Source: Methylococcaceae bacterium UBA2778 (GTDB lineage: Bacteria > Pseudomonadota > Gammaproteobacteria > Methylococcales > UBA2778). From it: a DNA stretch of 44,109 nt. Shown here one piece after another: positions 8,160 to 16,488 of the stretch. Under the pieces are notes generated by a model. It was not told the DNA's origin. It saw only the letters and a program-made list of their open reading frames with translations, and ran no database searches. Location of the stretch: assembly GCA_002352385.1 (NCBI GenBank), contig DEII01000176.1, forward strand, positions 28,677 through 72,785, read 5' to 3'. Each line of letters begins with the position of its first letter. The stretch's first letter is position 1. The position numbers and the translations under genes were made by a program.

Positions 8160-9508
8160 ATCGTCTGGCGGCGCTCTATCCCGACGATGTGAATGACATG
8201 CCGGTCGCATGGCATCAGCTGCGCGTTGCCGGTCCTCCCGCCAGCTACCGGCTGACGCCGCAGGAGCGTGATTCGGCCGATTTGTCGGAGCGCTTCGGGC
8301 GCAGAACCATCATGGCTTTCGATGTTCGCTCAAACGATCCGGCAACCGGGCCGCAGGTCGACCGTCTCGCCTTCATCGATAAAGCTGTGCCCCATAGCCT
8401 ATACGATCTGATGTGCGCCGAGGTGAGCGGTGCAGCTAAAGCGACGGTGCGGGACATCGGGCGCCAGACCGCCTCGGCGGTCTGGCGTTCCGCTTACAAT
8501 TTCGTCGCTTTCGTATCCCGGCCCGAGGTTCAACGCGCGTACGGTCTGGAGGGCGGGCAGCTGCACCTGGCATTGAATTGCGACCCCAACACCCGGGATC
8601 GCGAGAGCATTCAGGCCAGCAAGCAGTTTCATCTTCATTTTCTCTATTGGACGCAGCAAGAGCTTGCTGCGCTGCAGCGGGCTGAGCACAGTACGGATAC
8701 GCGCACTTTGCTGCAGCGCCGGCTGGTCGATCCGCTGGCCTTCGTCGCTCCGGCCGTGATTGCCGAACGTTTGGATGCATTCGATCTGGAGAACGGCGCC
8801 ATGACGTTGCCGCCGTTTCATCCGGCAGACAGTATTCATGGCCGCAAACCGATGGGGAGTTTGATCCGGCTTTCCGACTGGGCTGTGCTGAGGAGTCCGG
8901 CATTTTTGCATACCATCGACCGCGTTCATACCTGCATCGCCGAAACCAGTGCGCAACTGCAGGAAGCGTTCACCGGGCAGGCGCAGCCGCCCGAGTTGTG
9001 GCACCGGCATGCGCTGTTGCCGCCTTCGGCGATTCGAAGCAATCTGTCGAAGCTCGGTTTCTCCGCGCGGACGACTGTTGCGCTTCATCACCTGGCGGGG
9101 GCGTTGAGCGATGTTTCCCCGAGCCTGATGGATTTTATGAAAAGGCATGGGGGTGCGAGGCGGCAGCACTTGGTGCTCAACAACCCCTGCTACTCTTTGA
9201 ACCTCTATACGCCCGCGCATAACAGCGTTGCGGATCCGCTGATTGCCGCGCGGGAGGTCTACCTGATCATACGGGTCAATCTCTTTTCCGCTATCGGGGG
9301 CGCCGGCCTTTTGTGCCTGAACGAAGTGCCCTGCGTTCGCATCGTCCGAGAGCAGGGCGCGTTCAGTGAACCATTGTGGCGTCAGCGGATTCGATTCCAG
9401 AGCGGCTTCGTGTCCTATAATTATCCACTGATCGAACAGACGGCGAAGACATCTGCGTTGGTCGATTACCGCTTTGGCGATTTTGAAACCGGATGGCAGG
9501 CAGTCTGA
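8150..9508 (+). CDS. Hypothetical protein with HIT-superfamily-like motif
   Basis: 452-aa ORF overlapping the upstream gene; LALN...SIQASKQFHLHFL resembles HIT H-x-H-x-H-x-x with the first His replaced by Gln. Confidence 0.65.
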   Translation: MPIDRLAALYPDDVNDMPVAWHQLRVAGPPASYRLTPQERDSADLSERFGRRTIMAFDVRSNDPATGPQVDRLAFIDKAVPHSLYDLMCAEVSGAAKATVRDIGRQTASAVWRSAYNFVAFVSRPEVQRAYGLEGGQLHLALNCDPNTRDRESIQASKQFHLHFLYWTQQELAALQRAEHSTDTRTLLQRRLVDPLAFVAPAVIAERLDAFDLENGAMTLPPFHPADSIHGRKPMGSLIRLSDWAVLRSPAFLHTIDRVHTCIAETSAQLQEAFTGQAQPPELWHRHALLPPSAIRSNLSKLGFSARTTVALHHLAGALSDVSPSLMDFMKRHGGARRQHLVLNNPCYSLNLYTPAHNSVADPLIAAREVYLIIRVNLFSAIGGAGLLCLNEVPCVRIVREQGAFSEPLWRQRIRFQSGFVSYNYPLIEQTAKTSALVDYRFGDFETGWQAV

Positions 9509-9516
9509 TTGAATCG

Positions 9517-10413
9517 ATGTCAAATTTTGCTCACCTGTGGGTGCTGTTTTCACTTCTTTCGGCTTTTTTCCAGGCCTCGCGCATCGCTGTCACCAAACAG
9601 TTGAGCTTCAGCTTCTCGGCTCAGGCGCTGACCTTTTTCGTCAATTTCGCCAGTCTCTGCATCACCCTGCCGCTGATCCTCTGGCACCACGACTTTCCTT
9701 TGCATCAGCCGCGTTACTTCTCGGCCGTATTGGCCGGCGCGGTGCTGTCCGGCTTCGGCGGATGGTCATTCAATTATGCCATCAAGATCAGCGAGATCTC
9801 GATCGTCGGGCCGCTGATCACGTTGACGCCCGGGTTCGTCATCATCATCGAATGGCTGCTGCTTGGTGACATGCCCAGCGAAACGGGCTTGTTGGGGATC
9901 GGCCTGCTATGCGCCGGAAGCTATATTCTGAGTCTGGACGGGTTGCGGCGGGATTGGTTCGGCCCGCTACTGCGCATTTTTTCCAATCCCGGCAGCCGCT
10001 ATGCTTTCATCGCCAGCTTCTGTTTCGCCTGTGCCTCGGTCCTGGGGCGGGAGGCGATACGACTGAGCGAGCCGATCTCTTTTGCCGTCATGGTCGCGAT
10101 CATCAATCCGCTGGTGTTGTTCATCATCTTCAGCGTCCAGGACCGGGGCTTCTACAAGGAGCTGATCGGCGGCAAGGCGAGAGCACACCTCGGCGCTTTG
10201 GCTCTGTTGGGCGGGCTGTTCGCGCTGATGCGTCTGGCCGACCAGATTGCTTTGAGTCTGACATTGGCCTCCTATGCCATGGCGCTCAAGCGGATGGCGG
10301 GCGTGTTCTCGGTGGTCATCGGCCATTATCTGTTTCGCGAACCACGCATGCCGATCAAGCTGGTGGCGAGCGTTATTATGGTGCTGGGCGTGCTGGCGAT
10401 GATAGACGATTGA
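9517..10413 (+). CDS. EamA/DMT family transporter
   Basis: About 10 TM helices in two repeats: AIKISEISIVGPL..LTP.F...LLG; LFRE..KL. Confidence 0.88.
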   Translation: MSNFAHLWVLFSLLSAFFQASRIAVTKQLSFSFSAQALTFFVNFASLCITLPLILWHHDFPLHQPRYFSAVLAGAVLSGFGGWSFNYAIKISEISIVGPLITLTPGFVIIIEWLLLGDMPSETGLLGIGLLCAGSYILSLDGLRRDWFGPLLRIFSNPGSRYAFIASFCFACASVLGREAIRLSEPISFAVMVAIINPLVLFIIFSVQDRGFYKELIGGKARAHLGALALLGGLFALMRLADQIALSLTLASYAMALKRMAGVFSVVIGHYLFREPRMPIKLVASVIMVLGVLAMIDD

Positions 10414-10466
10414 GTTGCTTGCCGGTTCCGCTGGCAGGAGACAGACTTCTGAGCACTGCTCACTGA

Positions 10467-13400
10467 TCACCATTTCCCAAGCCGCTGCAGCACGATCCAG
10501 GCTTCCTGCCACCATTTCAGCTCCGACTTGGTCCTTTGTTGTCGGATCCATGAGCCGAGCCGATTTTCCTCACTGATCTGTGAGGCAAAAGCCGGCACGA
10601 TGGGCTCTTTACCGTCCTTGAGTACATACCACAATTCGGCGGCGTTGTTCCAGTAGGCGGTGGCGACAAAACGGCTGTCGGGACTGAAGGTGGCGTGGGA
10701 GACGCCGCCGCGGTTGCCTTCCAGCAGCATCCAGGGTTTCTTGACTGTTCCGGTTTCCGGTGATGTCTTCCATAGCCCCGCGGTGCCGTCCCGGGAGGCA
10801 GTGACCGCCCACCGGCCGTCGTTGTTGAACTCGGCAAAATAGACCCGGTCTGCGTGTCCGACCAACTTGGCCAACACTGTGCCATCGAGCGCCCAGATTG
10901 CTGCCGTTCCATCCTGTGATGCGGTGATGAGCCTTTTTCCGGCCGGATCGAAGCGTATGCTGTAAATGAGGTCATCGTGTCCATTGTTGAGGAGCGTGAC
11001 AGGTTCGCAGGATTTTGCATTCCATACCGTCGCCGTGCCGTTTTCACCTGCGCCGGCCAACAGAGCGAGATCGGGAGAGAAGCTCAGGTCGGTAATCTCT
11101 TTCTCCACAGTCAATTGGCATGTCTGTTTCCAATCGTGCTGCGGGTCCCATATTCGTACGTGGGAGCGATCAGCGGACGCCACGAGCGCCCGGCCTGAAT
11201 GGAGCCCGACCGCGACGGCACGCACCGCCGAATCGTGCTCGAGGGTTTTGGACAGGGTGCACTGGCAGCGGTTGGGGTTTTCTTCGGCACAGTTCGAAAG
11301 CGTCCAAACAGGCATTTTTTCCTGGTCGGCCGCGGCCAACAGCCATTTGTCATTGGGGCCGAAGAAGGCTCCGGTGACTTCGGTCTCGCTCTGCGCGGGC
11401 GCCATTGGCATGACACACAACGGCGTTCCTTCGAGGTTCCAGAGACGGGCGGTGCCGTCGTATGCCGCTGTGGCAACGATATCGCCATTGTGGCTGAAGC
11501 GGGCCGATCGAACCCGCGCCTGATGGCCCTTGAGAACGGCTGCTTTGCCCAGCCGCCAGACTGTCGAATCCAGGTCGGCGTCGAAATCGTAATTCCAGAT
11601 CCGGGCAGTTTTGTCGTACGAGGTCGTCACCAGAGTGACCTGCTGCGGCAGACTATCTTGCTGCGGACGAAAGGCGACGTCCCAGACGTGGCTGCTGTGC
11701 TCTTTCTGCACGGCCGAGAGCCGTTTGACGGCTTCTCGGTTCCAGACCCGCGCGGTGCCGTCGTCCGAAACGGTGCCGATGCGTTCCCCATCGGCGCTGA
11801 ATTCTGCGAAGGTGACATTGCCGCCGTGTTCGAAAATCGCCAGCTCACCTCTGGTTGCCGGGTTTGGATCCCACAGCCGTGCCGTGCGGTCGCGGGAGGC
11901 GGTGAGGATGGTGCCGCCGTCGGGGCTGAACTCGACGTGATCGATACCTTGGTCGTGGTGTCCAAGAACGCCGGGGGAAGGGGTATCGATACCGAGGTTC
12001 CAATAGACCACCTTGGCGTCGTCGCCGACGGTCACGATCGCCTTGCCGTCGTTCGAAAAAGCGACATCGCGAACGGCGCCATGGTGCACCTTTTCGCCGG
12101 CTTGGTCCTTGTCAAGCGTGCGCAGCAATTTTCCGCCGAGATCGTATATTCGTACCGTGCCATCGACCGATGCGGTGGCCAGGCGCCGGCCGCTCAGATC
12201 GAATTCAGCGCGGTTGACGATCCGCCCGAGAGGTATCCGGGTGCAAGTGGTCTGATGATCGCTTGCATCGGCAACAGCTTCGGGCAGTGGCAGCAGGCAT
12301 ACCGTATTGTCCTCCGAAGCGGTGGCGAGATAACGGTTGTCAGGTGAAAAGGCGAGGCTGCGAATCGGTTTCTTGTGGATCTTTATTTCGGCAGCAATGC
12401 GGCCTGGCTGCTGCAGATCCATCAGGCAGAGCCAGATGCCGTCGTTGTTTTTTTTGTGAACCAGAGCGGCCCACCGCCCGTTCGGGCTGACGGCAAGCTT
12501 TGCATCGACGCCGGCGCCGCAGGAAAAAGTCGGTGACGGCCCGACGCTGACGGTTTCGGTGCTGTCGGCGGGCAGTATCCAGGTGCCCTTGTCGGAGACA
12601 CCGATGATGTGGTTGCCGCCGGGTGTGAATATGGCGGCCTGGAGGGCTGTTGTTTGGTTTGAGTGGAGCTTTTTTTGCTCGGTGAACCGGAAATCGTGCA
12701 GGTGCCACAAAGCCAACGCACTTTGGTCGGCGATGGTGATGACCCGGTTCAGGTCCGGGCTGAAACTGGCGGAGAATCGGTTGTTCGGGGGGGCATCCCC
12801 GTTTGTCGGTCGTTTGTTGACCATGGCGACCAGGTGGTTGTTGGCCATCGCCCTTGCGAGCACATTGGACGACCGGCGCGGCAAGGTGCTGGCCTGCTGC
12901 GCCAGGGATATGGCATCCGGCGTGTTTCCCCGATCGACCGCTTCGTCCGCCTTCACCAGTTTATTGGTATCCATGATGCGGATCGCCAACCGTGAAAAGT
13001 TGAATGTGAGGTAAAGACCGCCTACGGCCAGCAGGCTCAAGAGAGCCAGGGAGATCACAATCTGTTTTTTTCGCCGTTCCCGGGACTGTGTGGCGAGAAT
13101 GCGCTGTTCCGATTGAATGATGAACGCGTTTTCACGTTCTTCCAGTTCGGCGCCGATGCGATCGTACAGGTCTTTCGCTTCGGCAAAGGGTTTGCCCTCC
13201 TGCAGCAGGTATTGATCGTTGCGTCCCTCCTTCTCCCACAAGGCGGTGGCCTCGGAGAGTCTGCCCCGTACGCGCAGGTCTTCGATATTGGACTCCACCC
13301 ATTCGGCAACGCGTGGCCAGTTGCGCAGCAGTGCTTCGTGGGCCACCCACACCACCTGCTTTTCTTCTACCGATGCTTTGTCGGAGACGAGAAGATGGGC

Positions 13401-15080
13401 CTGGATAAACGCTTCGACAAAAGCTTTGTTTTCCGGTACCGATGCCAGCTGCGCCCAATCGGCCCGCCGGGCGGAGGCTTTTTCATTGGCGGACGGGTCG
13501 ATGGTGACCAGCGCTCGGAACACCGAGGAGAGCGCTTTTTGGGCGTTGGGGGGCAGGCCGAGAAAGACTTTTTCTGCCCGGTCAGCCACGGCGCCTGCGA
13601 TACCGCCGATCTTTTCATAGGCATCGAATGTCAAAAGATTGCTGTCGCGCCGCTCGTACAGAGCATCCAGGGTGAATTCCAGCAGCGGCAATGCGCCTTG
13701 CTGCTGCGTGGTATCGCGCAGCAGCACCTCGTCGAGGCTTGTGTGGTCTCGAACTTCGAATGCCAGGCCGGCCAGGCGGGCCGGCTCTTGAATCATCTGT
13801 TCGGTCTCTTCCGGGCGCGGCGGGAAGAGGTGGAACTGACCGTCGCCTTCCATCAGTGCCTGCAGCTCGGGATAGGCTTCGGTTTCGTGCAGAAAGTCGC
13901 TGCGCATCGTACCGATCACCCACACCATGCCGCTGCGCGCAAGCACGTCCAGGGCTTTGACGAAGCTCTCTTTCAGCTCGCGGGGGATGCGGCGGTCGGA
14001 AAACAGCTCCTCGAACTGGTCGACGACGATCACCAACCGGATCGTTTCGACGTCGGCTCGATACTCTTCCTCTGCTATCTTGCCGAGAGCGATCTGCAAA
14101 GAGGGCTTCAGCAGCGCCGGATCGGTCGTGAATGTCTTGATAATGTACTCTTCACCGACGTCGTAGGCGGCCAGGGCGTCACCCAACGTGTTCGGCTGAT
14201 GAATGGCTCGCGCCAGGGCGCGCAGCGGATTGCCGTCGCCGTCGCTGGGCCGCAGCAGACACCAGCGTATGCAGGCGACGTCGCCGATGACTCGGGGCGT
14301 GGTCAGCTGCGGCAGGAGTCCCGCTTTGACCAGCGAGGATTTTCCGCTGCCGCTCATTGCCTGCACCATGACAAAGGCAATGCCGCGTTCGACCTGCTTC
14401 GCCAGTTTTTTCAGCAGATAGCGTTTGGCCTGATCGCGGCCGAAGAAGATGGCATGGTGTTCGAACTCGAACGGTTTCAATCCCCGGAACGGGGAAGCCT
14501 TCCAGACGATGCGCCGTCCTTCGGCGCCTTTACGCTCGTCGAGCAGCTTGTGGAGCTGCGTTTCCACCAGGCTGGCGAATTCGTTCTGGTCATGGAAGGT
14601 GCGGTAGGCACGTTTGAACGATCCGTCGGGATTGAAAAAATGTTTCTGAAAGAAAGCATCGAGCTGTTCCTTGTTGGTTCTGGCTCCCTGCACGGCGGCG
14701 TCGTCGAAGAAGTTGCCGATCATGGGCGCTTCCTTGCGGAAGACCAGCACTTGTGGAGTTCCGTTCTGTCTTGTCGATCGCTCGACGGCATTGATGAATT
14801 CCCATTCGGTGCCGGTCATGCCATGAAAGTGCTTCTTCGGCAGGGGGGTTCCCAGCTTCGACCAGAAGATCACCAGAACGATGTCACAAGTGCCCGGCTC
14901 CACCAGGGAATCCTGAAATCCGCCGGTGGCCACGATGGCTTCGTTTTCCCACAGGATGGGCTCCAGGTCGAAGTAGGCCTCGTATTCGATTCGCAGCCGT
15001 TCGATGATATCTTTGACGATCGATCGTTCGTCTTTGACATCGTCGGGAGAAGAGACAAAAATGCGTAGGGGTTTACTCAT
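10467..15080 (-). CDS. NLR-like STAND protein: DUF4062 (TIR-like) - nSTAND1 NTPase - TM - WD40 propellers
   Basis: RIFVSSPDDV.DER...CDIV..IFWSKLGTP...TGTEWEF (DUF4062); SPFRGL..F..FFGRD, SGSGKSS, VVDQFEELF, MRSDF, ALPLLEFTL, HEALL.NWP (nSTAND1); TM IVISLALLSLLAVGGLYL; about 16 WD40-like blades. Confidence 0.88.
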   Translation of the reverse strand: MSKPLRIFVSSPDDVKDERSIVKDIIERLRIEYEAYFDLEPILWENEAIVATGGFQDSLVEPGTCDIVLVIFWSKLGTPLPKKHFHGMTGTEWEFINAVERSTRQNGTPQVLVFRKEAPMIGNFFDDAAVQGARTNKEQLDAFFQKHFFNPDGSFKRAYRTFHDQNEFASLVETQLHKLLDERKGAEGRRIVWKASPFRGLKPFEFEHHAIFFGRDQAKRYLLKKLAKQVERGIAFVMVQAMSGSGKSSLVKAGLLPQLTTPRVIGDVACIRWCLLRPSDGDGNPLRALARAIHQPNTLGDALAAYDVGEEYIIKTFTTDPALLKPSLQIALGKIAEEEYRADVETIRLVIVVDQFEELFSDRRIPRELKESFVKALDVLARSGMVWVIGTMRSDFLHETEAYPELQALMEGDGQFHLFPPRPEETEQMIQEPARLAGLAFEVRDHTSLDEVLLRDTTQQQGALPLLEFTLDALYERRDSNLLTFDAYEKIGGIAGAVADRAEKVFLGLPPNAQKALSSVFRALVTIDPSANEKASARRADWAQLASVPENKAFVEAFIQAHLLVSDKASVEEKQVVWVAHEALLRNWPRVAEWVESNIEDLRVRGRLSEATALWEKEGRNDQYLLQEGKPFAEAKDLYDRIGAELEERENAFIIQSEQRILATQSRERRKKQIVISLALLSLLAVGGLYLTFNFSRLAIRIMDTNKLVKADEAVDRGNTPDAISLAQQASTLPRRSSNVLARAMANNHLVAMVNKRPTNGDAPPNNRFSASFSPDLNRVITIADQSALALWHLHDFRFTEQKKLHSNQTTALQAAIFTPGGNHIIGVSDKGTWILPADSTETVSVGPSPTFSCGAGVDAKLAVSPNGRWAALVHKKNNDGIWLCLMDLQQPGRIAAEIKIHKKPIRSLAFSPDNRYLATASEDNTVCLLPLPEAVADASDHQTTCTRIPLGRIVNRAEFDLSGRRLATASVDGTVRIYDLGGKLLRTLDKDQAGEKVHHGAVRDVAFSNDGKAIVTVGDDAKVVYWNLGIDTPSPGVLGHHDQGIDHVEFSPDGGTILTASRDRTARLWDPNPATRGELAIFEHGGNVTFAEFSADGERIGTVSDDGTARVWNREAVKRLSAVQKEHSSHVWDVAFRPQQDSLPQQVTLVTTSYDKTARIWNYDFDADLDSTVWRLGKAAVLKGHQARVRSARFSHNGDIVATAAYDGTARLWNLEGTPLCVMPMAPAQSETEVTGAFFGPNDKWLLAAADQEKMPVWTLSNCAEENPNRCQCTLSKTLEHDSAVRAVAVGLHSGRALVASADRSHVRIWDPQHDWKQTCQLTVEKEITDLSFSPDLALLAGAGENGTATVWNAKSCEPVTLLNNGHDDLIYSIRFDPAGKRLITASQDGTAAIWALDGTVLAKLVGHADRVYFAEFNNDGRWAVTASRDGTAGLWKTSPETGTVKKPWMLLEGNRGGVSHATFSPDSRFVATAYWNNAAELWYVLKDGKEPIVPAFASQISEENRLGSWIRQQRTKSELKWWQEAWIVLQRLGKW

Positions 15081-15081
15081 A

Positions 15082-15137
15082 CAGGAATCAGGAGTCGGGA
15101 ATCAGAAATCAGGGAACAGGGAACAGGAATCAGAGAA
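15082..15137. repeat. Tandem heptamer array (8 degenerate units, consensus CAGGAAT/CAGGGAA)
   Basis: caggaat caggagt cgggaat cagaaat cagggaa cagggaa caggaat cagagaa, filling most of the tesA-STAND intergenic space. Confidence 0.85.
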
Positions 15138-15146
15138 TAGACTCAT

Positions 15147-15761
15147 CTAGCCTGATCCCCGATTCAGCATTGGCTCCAGCTTTTCCCAAACGAGTTCCAT
15201 AATGACGGGTTGAGCCTTGGCGTTGGGGTGAAGGCCATCGTGCTGTATCATCCCTGTTTGCGCGGCGACGCCGTCGAGTAAAAACGGCACGAAGGCGATC
15301 ACCTGCTCTTTTTCCAATTCGGAGTAAACCCCGTAGAACATTTCTGTGTAGCGCCTGCCGTAGTTGGGTGGAATCCGCATGCCGAGCAACAGGACCTGCG
15401 AACCACTGGCTCTGGATCGTTCGATCATCCGTTCCAGGTTGGCTTTCATGCGGGCGGGCGGGTAGCCTCTCAGGCCGTCGTTGGCGCCGAGTTCAATAAT
15501 TACGATCGCCGGATGATATCTCCGCAGCTCTTGATCGATGCGGCTCGATCCGCCGGCACTGGTTTCTCCGCTGATGCTGGCATTGACCACCTGATGGTCC
15601 CCGCCTTGTCGATCCAGCTTTTGCTGCAACAAAGCCGGCCAGCTCTGGTCTATTTCGAAACCATAGGCGGCACTGATACTATCGCCCATAACCAGAATGG
15701 TGGCCGCGCTGCTGAGGCCCGGTACGGCGATTAACAACAAACAGAACAGGAATTGAAACAT
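15147..15761 (-). CDS. tesA: Arylesterase/acyl-CoA thioesterase I (SGNH/GDSL hydrolase)
   Basis: Signal peptide, GDSISA, NASISGET, ELGANDGLRG, DGLHP; divergent from ybbA-ybbP. Confidence 0.92.
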   Translation of the reverse strand: MFQFLFCLLLIAVPGLSSAATILVMGDSISAAYGFEIDQSWPALLQQKLDRQGGDHQVVNASISGETSAGGSSRIDQELRRYHPAIVIIELGANDGLRGYPPARMKANLERMIERSRASGSQVLLLGMRIPPNYGRRYTEMFYGVYSELEKEQVIAFVPFLLDGVAAQTGMIQHDGLHPNAKAQPVIMELVWEKLEPMLNRGSG

Positions 15762-16488
15762 GAGCGATGCCTTTGTTGAGGAAACGGCTGACGAGATTAT
15801 TGCTGGAGCGATGATTCGAGTGGAAAATCTTAATAAACATGTCGAGACCGTGCAAGGGAGACTGGATATATTGTTATCGATTCAGTTGGCAATCCAATAC
15901 GGGGAAACGGTGGCCATCGTGGGGGCGTCCGGTTCCGGCAAGTCGACGCTGCTCAGCCTCATGGCCGGCCTCGATCTGCCTTCGGAAGGGAGCGTGGCAT
16001 TGGCCGGTATTACCATAACCGATTTAGACGAGGATGGCAGGGCAAACGTGCGCAGCCGATATGTCGGGTTTGTTTTTCAGTCCTTCCAGCTGTTGCCCGC
16101 TCTGACGGCGCACGAGAACGTTATGCTGCCGCTTGAACTGGCGGCTGTCCGGCAGCCGCGCAAGGCAGCGCAACGATTGCTCGAGCGGGTCGGGCTCGGT
16201 GCCCGCCTGACGCATTATCCCAATCAGCTGTCGGGCGGTGAACAGCAGCGCGTCGCCTTGGCCAGAGCGTTTGTCACGACCCCGAAAATTCTGTTCGCCG
16301 ATGAACCGACGGGGAATCTGGACAGCGTGACCGGGAGTCAGATCATTGAATTGTTGTTTGAACTGAATCACGAACATCAGACCACTTTGGTTCTGGTGAC
16401 CCATGATGAAGCGCTGGCTTCCCGTTGTGGCCGCCGGATTCGTCTGGAGGCCGGCTGCATCGTTGATGCGTCGAGTACCCGGACATGA
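15760..16488 (+). CDS. ybbA: ABC transporter ATP-binding protein (YbbA/LolD-like)
   Basis: [46 protein letters not shown]; tesA synteny. Start could be 15811. Confidence 0.88.
   Translation: MSDAFVEETADEIIAGAMIRVENLNKHVETVQGRLDILLSIQLAIQYGETVAIVGASGSGKSTLLSLMAGLDLPSEGSVALAGITITDLDEDGRANVRSRYVGFVFQSFQLLPALTAHENVMLPLELAAVRQPRKAAQRLLERVGLGARLTHYPNQLSGGEQQRVALARAFVTTPKILFADEPTGNLDSVTGSQIIELLFELNHEHQTTLVLVTHDEALASRCGRRIRLEAGCIVDASSTRT

Noticed and set aside
13113-15068. 651-aa + strand ORF
   Set aside because: Antisense shadow of the STAND gene with no recognisable motifs; expected from GC-rich codon bias
15759-15762. tesA and ybbA start codons overlapping in CATG
   Set aside because: Head-to-head tesA/ybbA overlap is a known arrangement, and the ybbA start is uncertain
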